From: Octopus sinensis
Taxonomy: Eukaryota
Reading direction: 5' to 3'
Length of the DNA stretch: 52,144 nucleotides
NCBI RefSeq assembly: GCF_006345805.1
Contig: NW_021833996.1
Span: 1 to 52,144 of the forward strand
Shown: in pieces, positions 38,203-49,552 of the stretch
Position numbering within the stretch: the first letter of the stretch is position 1
Layout of the letters: every line of letters starts with the position of its first letter
Program-made: the position numbers and the translations under genes
The notes under the pieces: generated by a model
Seen by the model: only the letters and a program-made list of their open reading frames with translations
What the model was told of the DNA's origin: nothing
Databases searched by the model: none

Positions 38203-38468
38203 TTACGTTTCGAGCCTACGCTCTTCTACAGAAAGGGGCACAGAAAAAACAAGAAGAGAAAAAATGTGTGTAGTGGCTAACGATCTATCATGGCGACTTG
38301 TTTCTCTCCTTGTTTCTGTCCTTGTTTTTTCTGTATCCCTTTCTGTAGAAGAGCGTAGACTCGAAACGTAAAAGACTTTTTCTATTCCTGAGCGTTATAC
38401 TAATACATCTGTTTGCTTTGTACACCACCTGTCTTCTTGTATTGTTTTTTTCGTAAACTCTCCCTATA
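38203..38468. mobile_element. Penelope-like pLTR remnant with inverted duplication (arms ~38203-38262 / ~38312-38371)
   Basis: Inverted repeat centred on an HHR-like motif; its 3' tail TACTAATACATCTG...CGTAAACTCTCCCTA recurs at ~41772-41810. Confidence 0.6.
38339..38374 (+). ncRNA. Hammerhead-like minimal motif with altered core (A6 to U)
   Basis: CTTT-CTGTAGA-A-GAGC(GTAG)ACTC-GAAA-CG-TA-AAAG; same architecture as 1410-1442; the inverted copy at 38203-38235 has perfect GAGC/GCTC. Confidence 0.45.
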
Positions 38469-38719
38469 TATATATATATATATATATATTTGTATATACC
38501 ACAGATAACTATTCTGTACTGTTACTTTTGTGGCCAGAAAAATCAGTAAATAAATTTTGATGAAACGATAAAAGATACTGAAGTATATATATACATATAC
38601 ATACATACATACATACATACATACATACATACATACATACATACATACATACATACATACATACATACATACATACATACGTGTGTTTGCGTCCGTGTAT
38701 GTAGTTATGTAGTAATCTC

Positions 38720-38920
38720 TTTTCTACTATAGGCACAAGACCTCAGATCTTAGAAAGAAGGGTACATCGACCTCAGTGCTAAACTGCTACTTATTTTGTT
38801 GGTCCCAAAAGATGAAAGGCAGAGTCACCTCAGAAAAGTTTGAACTCAGAAGATATAAAGTCGGACGAAAAGCTACAAAGTATTTCATCCGGTCAGTTAA
38901 CAATTCTGCCACCTCACCGC
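38720..38920 (-). mobile_element. SINE family B, diverged monomer
   Basis: AAAGATGAAAGGCAGAGTCACCTC..TTTGAACTCAGA. Confidence 0.75.
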
Positions 38921-39152
38921 TTTTGTACGTATGTAATAATACGAGGTATCCTTACAGGTCTGTGTGTTAGTAATGACACGTTTTAGCTTCGCTATGAAAA
39001 CCGGATACTGTGTGGAAATCACGTTTTATTTTATCAGTGGCGAGAAAAGGGAAATCACTCTGAAGAAGTTTAATATCTTTTATCGTTTCATCATTATTTA
39101 CGGATTTTTCTGACAACAAAAGTAACAGTACAGAATAGCTATCTATAGTATA

Positions 39153-39756
39153 TATTTCTTTACTGCCCACAAGGTGCTAAACATAGAGGGGGACAAACAA
39201 GGACAGACAAAAAGGGATTAAGTCGATTACATCGACCCCAGTGTGAAACTGGTACTTATTTAATCGACCCCGAAAGGATGAAAGGCAATGTCGACCTCGG
39301 CGGAATTTGAACTCAGGACGTAACGACAGACGAAATACCTATTTCTTTACTACCCACAAGGAGATAAACACAGAGAGGATAAACAAGGACAGACAAACGG
39401 ACTAAGTCGATTATATCGACCCCAGTGCGTAACTGGTACTTATTTAATCGACCCCGAAAGAATGAAAGGCAGTGTCGACCTCGGCGGAATTTGAACTCAG
39501 AGCGTAACGACAGACGAAATACCTGTTTCTTTACTACCCACAAGGGGCTAAACACAGGGAGGATAAACAAGGACAGACAAACGGATTAAGTCGATTATAT
39601 CGACCCCAGTGCGTAACTGGTAATTATTTAATCGACCCCGAAAGGATGAAAGGCAATGTCGACCTCGGCGAAATTTGAACTCAGAACGTAGCGGCAGACG
39701 AAATACCGCTAAGCATTTCGCCCAGCGCGCTAACGTTTCTGCCAGCTCGCCGCCTT
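39153..39756 (-). mobile_element. SINE family B multimer (one head plus three ~180-bp body units) with 17-bp TSD
   Basis: TAGCTATCTATAGTATA at 39136-39152 and 39757-39773. Confidence 0.9.
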
Positions 39757-40222
39757 TAGCTATCTATAGTATACACAAAATCGAATAGAACTTAAGTGAA
39801 CTACTCTGATTTGCATAACAGTGTAAAGGTTGATAATACTTCGGTTTAATATTGAATATTTCTCATCCTTTCCTCTCAGAGAGAATAGAATATTTTTAAC
39901 CCAACGGCTCGAGGTTTGAATGGGTGTGGACTGTTTGTACCAATGTCCGAATAAATTATTTGCGCAAATGTGAAAAGTAAAATCTATCGATATGTTTTTG
40001 TGAGAACTTGTGAGAGATGGTTTAGAAATTACCGTTTTGTCCTACACTTTGTTTTGTTTGAATCCTGGGGCCTTCCAGATGAACCGAAATATATTTTTCC
40101 GAATGTCGAAATCGTAATGATTTTAGATAAAATGTCGGCTGTTAAAATAGGTTTACCTAAGCTCGTTCTTTCCATTAATTACTTTGATCTTCATTCTAAC
40201 TAACACCCAGATTTATATATAA

Positions 40223-40280
<58 letters not shown>

Positions 40281-40286
<6 letters not shown>

Positions 40287-40443
40287 CGAAGAAAAAATAT
40301 TAAAGTGTGCAATATAGTAGTACTGCTTCTCAGTAAAACAAAGCACCATCAGGTTAAAGTATAAATATAGAATAGTGGTACAATAATGCACCAATATTTA
40401 CTGGAAATAGTCGATAATATCCGACGCTATGGTAAGGCTTCAC

Positions 40444-40474
<31 letters not shown>

Positions 40475-40650
40475 TATATATATTATATATAATATACGAA
40501 GAAAAAATATTAAAGTGTGCAATATAGTAGTACTGCTTCTCAGTAAAACAAAGCACCATCAGGTTAAAGTATAAATATAGAATAGTGGTACAATAATGCA
40601 CCAATATTTACTGGAAATAGTCGATAATATCCGACGCTATGGTAAGGCCT

Positions 40651-40654
<4 letters not shown>
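40281..40654. repeat. Near-perfect ~165-bp tandem duplication separated by (TA)n (period 210)
   Basis: AATATACGAAGAAAAAATATT...GGTAAGGC(C)TTCAC occurs twice. Confidence 0.9.
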
Positions 40655-40724
<70 letters not shown>

Positions 40725-40726
<2 letters not shown>

Positions 40727-40880
40727 GTTGCTACACATCGCTGATCACAATGCGCTTCGCATTGTTTTAGCCTTCAAATGACACCACCTCGCTGGCTAAG
40801 CGAGCAGGCCATCAGAAGAAAGAGTGCGAGAAAGTTGTGGCGAAAGAGTACAGCAGGTATCGCCACCACCCCCTGCCGTA
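40725..40880 (-). mobile_element. SINE family C, 3' part
   Basis: Reverse complement of ~41570-41725. Confidence 0.85.
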
Positions 40881-41258
40881 TGTATGTATGTATGTATGTA
40901 TGTATACTGGGAAGTAGTACTACTAAATTGCATTATTTAATAATTTTTTCTTTGAAAACTTTTTCACTGTTCTCGGTCTGTTAACGGCCAGGCGTTCAGA
41001 CAAGTATGGTGGCACTGATGTAGCAACGTTCAAAATTTTGTCATGGGGAGTCTAGCCGAAGCGAGCTAATCAAATTTACGTTAACAAATGTAATTTGCAA
41101 AGTTCGAAACCTAGGTCCTAGATTATCTGCATCTGGGTTGTACATTTATCTAATGTTCTTCCTGTAGGTGAGATGAAAGTTTGTTACGTTCGCCACCCGC
41201 AAACATCTTTTTACTATTTACTCTCTCTCCCTCACTCTCTTCTCTCTCTCTCTCTCTC

Positions 41259-41350
<92 letters not shown>

Positions 41351-41351
41351 T

Positions 41352-41382
<31 letters not shown>

Positions 41383-41448
41383 CATATATGCATATATTTA
41401 TATCTGTATGTATATATGTGTGTGTGTGTGTGTGTGGTGTGTGTGTGT

Positions 41449-41760
41449 GGAGGCGCAATGGCCCAGTAGTTAGGGCAGCGGACTCGCGGTCGTAGGGTCG
41501 CGGTTTCGATTCCCAGACCGGGTGTTGTGAATGTTTATTGAGCGAAAACACCTAAAGCTCCACAATGCTCCGGCAGGGGGTGGTGGCGATCCCTGCTGTA
41601 CTCTTTCGCCACAACTTTCTCTCACTCTTTCTTCTGTTGGCCTGCTCGCTTAGCCAGCGAGGTGGTATCATTTGAAGGCTAAAACAATGCGAAGCGCATT
41701 GTGACCAGCGATGTGTAGCAACATCTGATAGTCTGGTCGGTCACGGTGACGGTCACGGTG
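41449..41760 (+). mobile_element. SINE family C, full length (tRNA head)
   Basis: GGAGGCGCAATGGCCCAGTAGTTAGGGCAGCGGACTCGCGG...GGTTTCGATTCCC. Confidence 0.9.
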
Positions 41761-41808
41761 ATATATATATATACTAATACATCTGCTGTTTTTTTCGTAA
41801 ACTCTCCC

Positions 41809-41925
<117 letters not shown>

Positions 41926-41957
41926 TAATATATATATATATTATATATATATATATG

Positions 41958-42044
<87 letters not shown>

Positions 42045-42181
42045 AGTAGTTGAATGAATTATCCTAGTATGGATAATTCGGTTAACCGATACCCGGGTAG
42101 CAAATTCACGTCAGAAAACACGGTTGAAGCTACATGCCAAGGGCAGAGATCACGTGCTTTCGTGTGGAAATTTTACTATAA

Positions 42182-42507
42182 ATAAATGAAAGAATAGAGT
42201 TGAACGACGATTTAACAAAAATCCTTTACTCTCGACATATGATTCGAAGACTGCATATTCCTAATTCCGAAGGAATAAAGGGTGCATTATGCTGCCTTCT
42301 CATCAGGAAAGACAAGGAACTTATGTCAACATCATGACGATCAAAAACTTTTAGTTCATCATGATGCTGACATAAGTTCCTTGTCTTTCCTGATGAGAAG
42401 GCAGCATAATGCACTCTTTATTCCTTCGGAATTAGGAATAAGCAGTCTTCGAAACATATGTCGAGAATAAAGGAATTTTGTTAATCGTCGTTCAACTCCA
42501 TTCTTTC

Positions 42508-42513
<6 letters not shown>
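42182..42513. mobile_element. Long inverted repeat (155-bp arms, 21-bp spacer) made of a Penelope-like pLTR, flanked by (TA)n
   Basis: 42182-42337 is the reverse complement of 42359-42513 with a few mismatches. Confidence 0.85.
42378..42474 (+). ncRNA. Type I hammerhead ribozyme with extended stem II
   Basis: TCCTTGTCTTTC-CTGATGA-GAAGGC...GTCTTC-GAAA-C(ATAT)G-TC-GAGAATAAAGGA: canonical core, GUC triplet, palindromic stem III. Confidence 0.78.
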
Positions 42514-42593
<80 letters not shown>

Positions 42594-42626
42594 ATATATA
42601 TATATATATCTATATATATATGTATA

Positions 42627-42662
<36 letters not shown>

Positions 42663-43056
42663 TGTATGTATGTATACGTAGCTTCAGATTCAAGGGTACA
42701 CAGCTTTTCAGTATCCTCCAAAAGATTCGAAAGATTTACATGTGGTGGATATAAATGTTTACAAATAATTGGTTCTCCTAGTGTCAAGCGGAACGGACGA
42801 ACCAGCTTCCTTGCAGGAAATGCATATGAGGGCAGGAAACATTCTTTAACCAAATGTGAACTATTAAAGGAAGATTAATGAAAATGTTGCAACATGAATG
42901 ACGTTGCCCGAGATTGGCCACTGCTTCAGGTCTAAGTTTGAAACAAGTAAATGAAAAAGAATAAAAAAATATGTATATATATACTTGCATATATATACGT
43001 ATATCTACATATATACATATGTACATGTGTGTGTGTCTGTGTGCGCGCGCGCGTGT

Positions 43057-43108
<52 letters not shown>

Positions 43109-43163
43109 GTGTACACGCAAAGGGGGGACACATTTCAATGTTTTTTAATATGTATTTTGATAA

Positions 43164-43931
43164 GGCGGCGAGCTGGCAGAAACGTTAGCACGCCGGGCGA
43201 AATGCTTTGTGGTATTTCGTCCGCCGCTGCGTTCTGAGTTCAAATTTCCCCGAGGTCGACTTTGCCTTTCATCATTTCGGGGTCGATAAATTAAGTACCA
43301 GTTACGCACTGGGGGGGTCAATATAATCGACTTAGTTCGTTTGTCTGCCCTTGTTTGTCTTCTCTGTGTTTAGCCCCTTGTAAGCAGTAGAGAAATAGGT
43401 ATTTCGTCTGTCGCTACGTTCTGAGTTCAAATTCCGCCGAGGTCGATTTTGCCTTTCACCCTTTCAGCATCGATAAATTAAGTACCAGTTACGCACTGGG
43501 GTCGATATAACGTCTTAGTCCGTTTGTCTGTCCTTATTTGTCATCTCTGTGTTTAGCCCCTTGTGGATAGTAAAGAAATAGGTATTTCGTCTGTCGCTAC
43601 GTTCTGAGTTTAAATTCATCTGATGTCAACATTGCCTTTCATCCTTTCGGGGTCGATAAATTAAGTACCAGTTACGCACTGCGGTCGATATAATCGACTT
43701 AGTCCGTTTGTCTGTCCTTGTTTGTCATCTCTGTGTTTAGCCCTTTGTGGGTAGTAAAGAAATAGGTATTTCGTCTGTCGCTACGTTCTGAGTTTAAATT
43801 CATCTGATGTCAACATTGCCTTTCATTCTTTCGGGGTCGATTAAAATAAGTACCAGTTACGCACTGCGGTTGATGTAATCGCCCTATCCCCTTTCCCCGA
43901 AATACTGGCCTTGTGCCAAAATTTGAAATCA
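43164..43931 (+). mobile_element. SINE family B multimer (head plus four ~183-bp body units)
   Basis: Units restart at GGTATTTCGTC near 43210, 43398, 43581 and 43764. Confidence 0.9.
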
Positions 43932-44161
43932 GTACATATATATGCATACGCGTATATTAAAAAAAAAGAAAAGGTAGTAGTAAGGGGAAATTATTCTGAC
44001 CGCTGACGTCATCATCTTAATTTTATAATTACTAATCGATATTAGTACTGAAATTTTCTTCCCATAATGCTACAACGTTAACGACCGGAATTAAATAACA
44101 AATGCACCAACACACCGTAATAACAAGTGTATATATATATATATATATATGTGTATATATG

Positions 44162-44193
<32 letters not shown>

Positions 44194-44589
44194 ATATATA
44201 TATATCACATATGATGTCTGTATATATATATATATATAATCATATAGGATTTGGTTGATAAACATATTTGGTTTCGCAGTAACACCCTTTTCCTTTCGCT
44301 GCTTAAACCCCTGTAGTGTTCTCCTGAAGTTAAATATTCACAGCAAGACTGTATGTTTATTAGATATATTGCATATTATTTTCATATTCATATTAATTCA
44401 TAACTTTGTTGCGTTGGTACACTAAATATTAAATTCCAGCTGTCGACCTTCTTGAAAATTAAAGTAATTCCTGATGAATATTGGTATATACGAAACTACT
44501 CGGTCAATCTTTCTCTTTTCGCTACCGTGAACCGTTTCGTGTGGCCAGGTTATGGTTTGACAGCGAGATAATATGCGTGTATACTTCTT

Positions 44590-44674
44590 CCCTTCTTTCC
44601 TGAGCGTCCAATAATACTTTATTTGTTCCACATCCTTGCGTTGTTGTTTTTTGTTTTCTTGTTTGGATTAACTT

Positions 44675-44680
<6 letters not shown>
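44590..44680 (+). mobile_element. 3' tail of the same pLTR family as 1290-1510
   Basis: CTGAGCGTCCAATAATACT...GCGTTGTTGT...TGTTTGGATTA. Confidence 0.55.
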
Positions 44681-44736
<56 letters not shown>

Positions 44737-44788
44737 TGTGTGTGTGTGCGTGCGTGTGTGTACAGTGAGAGAGAGAGAGAGAAATAGC

Positions 44789-44843
<55 letters not shown>

Positions 44844-45050
44844 TTAGTTAGATAGATAGACACACAGAGTGAGCGTATGTATGCATATATATAAGCATAT
44901 ATGTACGCACATACATATATATATATATGTGTGTGTGTGTGTGTATGCATACGTATATATGTATATGTATGTTTGTATGCATGCATGTATGCATGTATGT
45001 GTGTGTGTGTATGTGTGTGAATTCTCAGCAGCCGAAACTCTATCTCAAGA

Positions 45051-45082
<32 letters not shown>

Positions 45083-45799
45083 CATACAAGTATGTATGTA
45101 TTTATGTATGTATGTATATACACATTCATGTCTATATATATATATATGCATATATGCATGAATATATAAATATATATATATGTGATGTTTGTTGGCATAT
45201 ATATATATATGGTATATGCTGGTATATATATATGTGTGTGTGTGTATGTATGTATGTGTGTGTGTTTGTGTGTGTACGCGTTTATCCATTTATATATTCA
45301 TATATGTACATATATACATATATCTGTATGTATACATACATGCATAAAATGCACAAATATCAGTGAAATACAGTACAATTGTGTCGGCTCGATTCAAGTA
45401 TAATTCGCAAATGTGCTTAAATAATTATTAAAACAAATAAATACAGGCTAAACCTATGTAAAATCGGTTAATTTTATAGATGAAACTTAGAAGATACTCG
45501 CGCACGCGCATACATACGCGCACATATCCATCAATGCTTACATGGTAGAAGTCGCGTCGTGACCAATTAAGAGGAAATCCTTGACCCATTTGACGCTAAG
45601 AAGAATCTCGAGTTTGGTCTTCATATCGCTAATAAAATCTCATATGGCTTCAAAGGCCTACTAGGGACTTACCAGCCACTCCACACCAACCACAAGTGAG
45701 ATCCCACACCTTATCTCCAGCGGCAGCCCGCCCACCTGGATACTGGAACCAACGATGCTGAGTGAATCTACTGGCCAGCCCACATACCCTGCTGTACAA

Positions 45800-46530
45800 G
45801 GTGCATGACAGAACATGCTAGATATCACATTAGGGTTGCTTCTATGACCATACTTGTGTCTGAGTAGGCTTGCCTTTGACAAGCTGATACGACCGCACTG
45901 GTCACATGAAAGAGGCTCTTTCGCGCACTTCACAAGAAGGGGGTCCACGTCTTCTATATATTGAGGTCGACTTTGCCTTTCATCCTTTCGGGGTCGATAA
46001 ATCAAGTACCAGTTACGCACTGGGGTCGATATAATCGACTTAAATTCGTTTGTCTGTCTTTGTTTGTCCCCTCTATGTTTAGCCCCTTGTGGGTATTAAA
46101 GAAACATATATTTACCAGTACGTTTCAACTCAGTGTATGCAACCTTGTTGTTCTTGAGTTATTTAACACCAGTAACAATCATATTCCCCCACAGCACCCC
46201 ACCTGATGCAATATCTTCCCAGGCATAAGTATCAATATTTGTTGTGCTTGCTCCAGCTCGCCATACAACTGTTTTACATGCAGGTCTCCTCTAAACAAAC
46301 AAGATGACCAGATCATCTGAGTTGGTGTTTCGTCATCTTGAACTCAATACACATCATTTTCGAAACTACAGTTTTCTCGTTTCCGGGAGATGAGATCGCC
46401 ATGAGATCTTTGGAATATTACGCAAACGTCACTGGTGACATCGCTCATGACGCTGGATAGCATACAGTAATTTGTCTAGATCTCTTATACATACAACAGT
46501 ACCGTTAAGACACCTGCTTGATAGTCCCCA
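45800..46530 (-). mobile_element. RTE LINE 3' fragment split by a SINE B insertion (45962-46100)
   Basis: RLRNIPKISWRS...QLR*SGHL...LYGELE...WEDIA...ELKR upstream of the SINE; EDVDPLL..CDQCGRISLSKASLLRHK zinc finger downstream. Confidence 0.7.
45962..46100 (+). mobile_element. SINE family B, 5'-truncated
   Basis: GAGGTCGACTTTGCCTTTCATCCTTTCGGGG...; ATATATT on both flanks. Confidence 0.85.
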
Positions 46531-46581
46531 ACGTACGCACATACATACAAACATACATACATACATACATACATACATACA

Positions 46582-46613
<32 letters not shown>

Positions 46614-46783
46614 GGCGTAGTAGTGGCTGTGTGGTAAGTAGCTTGCTTACGAACCACATGGTTCCGGGTTCAGTCCCACTGCGTGGCACCTTCGACAAGT
46701 GTCTTCTACTATAGTCTAGGGCCGACCAGAGCCTTGTGAGTGGATTTGGTAGACGGAAACTGAAAGAAGCCCGTCGTATATAT

Positions 46784-46838
<55 letters not shown>

Positions 46839-47030
46839 TGTGTCTGTGTTTGTCCCCCAACATCGCTTGACAACCGATGCTGGTGTGTTTACGTCCCTGT
46901 AACTTCCGGCAAAAGAGACCGATAGAATAAGTACTAGGCTTACAAAGAATAAGTCCTGGGGTCGATTTGCTCGACTGAAGGCGGTGCTCCAGCATGGCCA
47001 CAGACAAATGACTAAAACAAGTAAAAGAGT
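46614..47030 (+). mobile_element. SINE family A, full length, inside (CATA)n
   Basis: Complete head to tail. Confidence 0.92.
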
Positions 47031-47384
47031 ATACATACATACATACATACAAACAAACAAAAATACCCTGCTGATGTTGAAATTCCGATGAAAGAGCTTT
47101 GGATCTAGGTTAGAAACTGGCTCTGTCCCTATTGGCAAAATAAAACCGAATAATGACATGCATACATACGTACATACATGCATTCTTGCATGCATGCATG
47201 CTTGCATCCATCCATCCATCCATCCATACTTACATACATACATACATACATACATACAAACATACTAGATAGCTGCAACTCAATTTTCGAGCAAGGCCAT
47301 TGCTTGATTGCGTTCTTAAATCAGCACGGATTTAGCTTTTCATTTCCTGGAAGGAATATATATTTTTTCGCACAAATTTTTTTC

Positions 47385-47590
47385 TACTCTAGGCACAAGG
47401 CCCGAAATTTTGGAGGAAGGAGCCAGTCGATTAGATCGCCCCAGTACGCAACAGGTACTTAATTTATCGACCCCTTAAAAGATGAAAGGCAAAGTCGACC
47501 TCGGCAGAATTTGAACTCAGAACGTAAAGACAGTCGAAATACTGCCAAGCAATTCACCCGGCGTGCTAACATTTCTGCCAGCTCGCTGCC
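47385..47590 (-). mobile_element. SINE family B monomer
   Basis: Head GGCAGCGAGCTGGCAGAAATGTTAGCACGCCGGG on the minus strand. Confidence 0.85.
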
Positions 47591-48266
47591 TTATTCTTTT
47601 GCACAAATTGGCAACGATGGGCGCCTTTTTCTGTAGGTGCTCAGAGAGTTGACACCTATGCTGAAACATGCTTTTATTCCGTCATAGATTTTTCATTGTG
47701 TTTCACTTTTTAGATTAAAACCAACCATAGTATGCAACACATAACAGAAAGATACCTTTAAAATCAAGCGATGTATGTGCCTGAAACTTTTTAAAGTGCG
47801 GAAAGCTCTTGCACAGGACCACCCTATACAACGTATCCATACACCTGTGAACGAAGCCGCAGTGTTTGCGCCAGAGATTTTCTTTTTCTATAGAGATGTC
47901 TAAACAAAGATTATGAGTCTGTCACTCCCTGTGTTTGGATGGCCATTGACTCTACTGAGTTCATCTTCTTTTGTCGCATGTTGCTTTTCATCCTGAAATG
48001 AAAACTACTTTCCTTACGAAGGAGATTTAGTAGAGTTGCCGGTGTAATCGACGGCTGCCCAACCAAGCAGCAGCTTGTACTGGGTTTGGTGTTACAAGTA
48101 GCATCAAAAGTGACTCTGCATACATACATACATACATACATACATACATACATACATACATACATACATACATACATGCATGCAGACATACATACATACA
48201 TACATACATACATACATACATACATACATACATACATACATACATACATACATACATACATACATA

Positions 48267-48631
48267 AAGGCAGGTCAAAGTAAAAAAAAGAGGATATCTA
48301 TGGACAGCTGCTTCCAAACCTCCAGCTTCTATATCCAGACTATGAATTCATATTCATACCAATGCTAACTGGAGCACAAAGTTTTGTTAGTTAATGCTTA
48401 AAGGAGAATCTGGATAAACTGGGATTTTCAGAAAGAGAAATCGACCGACTAATTCGTACATTACAAGTGTAATCTGTGAGTGGAACACTAAAAATATGCA
48501 AGATTTTTCTCAAGTTGCAAATGTGAATTCGTCTGTGTTAACTATGTCCCAAAGATGGAGCCTAGTATCTTTGTTGGAAATCGGTCCCCTCCTGAGTGGA
48601 AAATTTATAATAATTAAAACATAGAAGAGAA
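48267..48631 (+). mobile_element. RLE LINE 3' end inside (CATA)n on both sides
   Basis: YGQLLPNLQLLYPDYEFIFIPMLTGAQSFVS*CLKENLDKLGFSEREIDRLIRTLQV*SVSGTLKICKIFLK plus UTR shared with 22042-22342. Confidence 0.78.
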
Positions 48632-48633
48632 CA

Positions 48634-48667
<34 letters not shown>

Positions 48668-48884
48668 CATACATAATACATACATACATACATACATACA
48701 TACATACATACATACATACATACATACATACATACCTCTCGATAATTCCGCGACCTATGATAGCTGTTCGCTATCTCCTGTCTAACCATGGTGTATATAG
48801 CAATGATTCCATGTTTGCATTTCAATTGTTTTTCATCGCATGATACCCGCTACAATCTTCTCTAAAAAAATCAAAGATCCACAA

Positions 48885-49115
48885 GTCGAACCGCTAAGTG
48901 ACGTGGATGTAGACACTAAAACTGGTTGTCAAACAGTGATGAGGGACAAACACAGACACAAAGACACACATATATTCGACGGGCTTCTTTCAGTTTCCGT
49001 ATACCAAATCCTCTCACAAGGCTTTGGTCGGCCCGAGGCTGTAGTAGAAGACACTTGGCCAAGGTGCCACACAGTGAAACTAAATCCAGAACCATATGGT
49101 TGGGAAGTAAGCTTA
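48885..49115 (-). mobile_element. SINE family A, partial
   Basis: GACGGGCTTCTTTCAGTTTCCGT...GAAGACACTTGGCCAAGGTGCCACACAGTG. Confidence 0.85.
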
Positions 49116-49552
49116 ACGTCTCCTAAATCCATTAAACTATTAATCTTTCGAAGATATTCTATAACCATCCCATGTTCAGGGTGGAATGGTTATAGAATGG
49201 CATCTTTTCGTGCACTTTGACTGGTTGGATAGGATCATCGAAATGCTGGTGGCTTTTCTTTTTTCTTTTTCCTTTTATTCTTTTTAACGCTGGATATAAA
49301 AAATTATTCAGTGGATAAGTCCGAGAGCCTTTGTAGTTAATTACGTGTGTGTTGAATTATTAACTTGACTTTTGGCTTATATTTTTTTATTAGCAAAACC
49401 TCCTTAGATATCTTTCTAGTTTTGTGGAATTCTATATTGAACTGTAACATCAACTATTGTTTTTTCCGTCATTTTTGTTGCATGTACTGTATTGTAATGT
49501 GTTGCGATTACACCTTGTTGTAAATGCATTGTCAAACTATGGAGGAGTGTTG

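Noticed and set aside
41449-41520. tRNA gene
   Set aside because: The tRNA-like A/B boxes are SINE heads followed by SINE body; no complete cloverleaf
42680-42878. Short non-repetitive ORFs on both strands between microsatellites
   Set aside because: No recognizable family and no clear splice sites; possibly decayed LINE
44465-44512. CTGATGA...CGAAAC...GTC hammerhead-like string
   Set aside because: Core words are present but neither stem I nor stem II pairs convincingly
45661-45960. C2H2-like zinc finger ORF with a GTAAGT donor, as a host zinc-finger exon
   Set aside because: It continues the RTE ORF2 on the other side of the SINE insertion and resembles the RTE terminal finger at ~27520
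47080-47135. CCGATGAA...GAAAC...GTC string
   Set aside because: Stems are not supported
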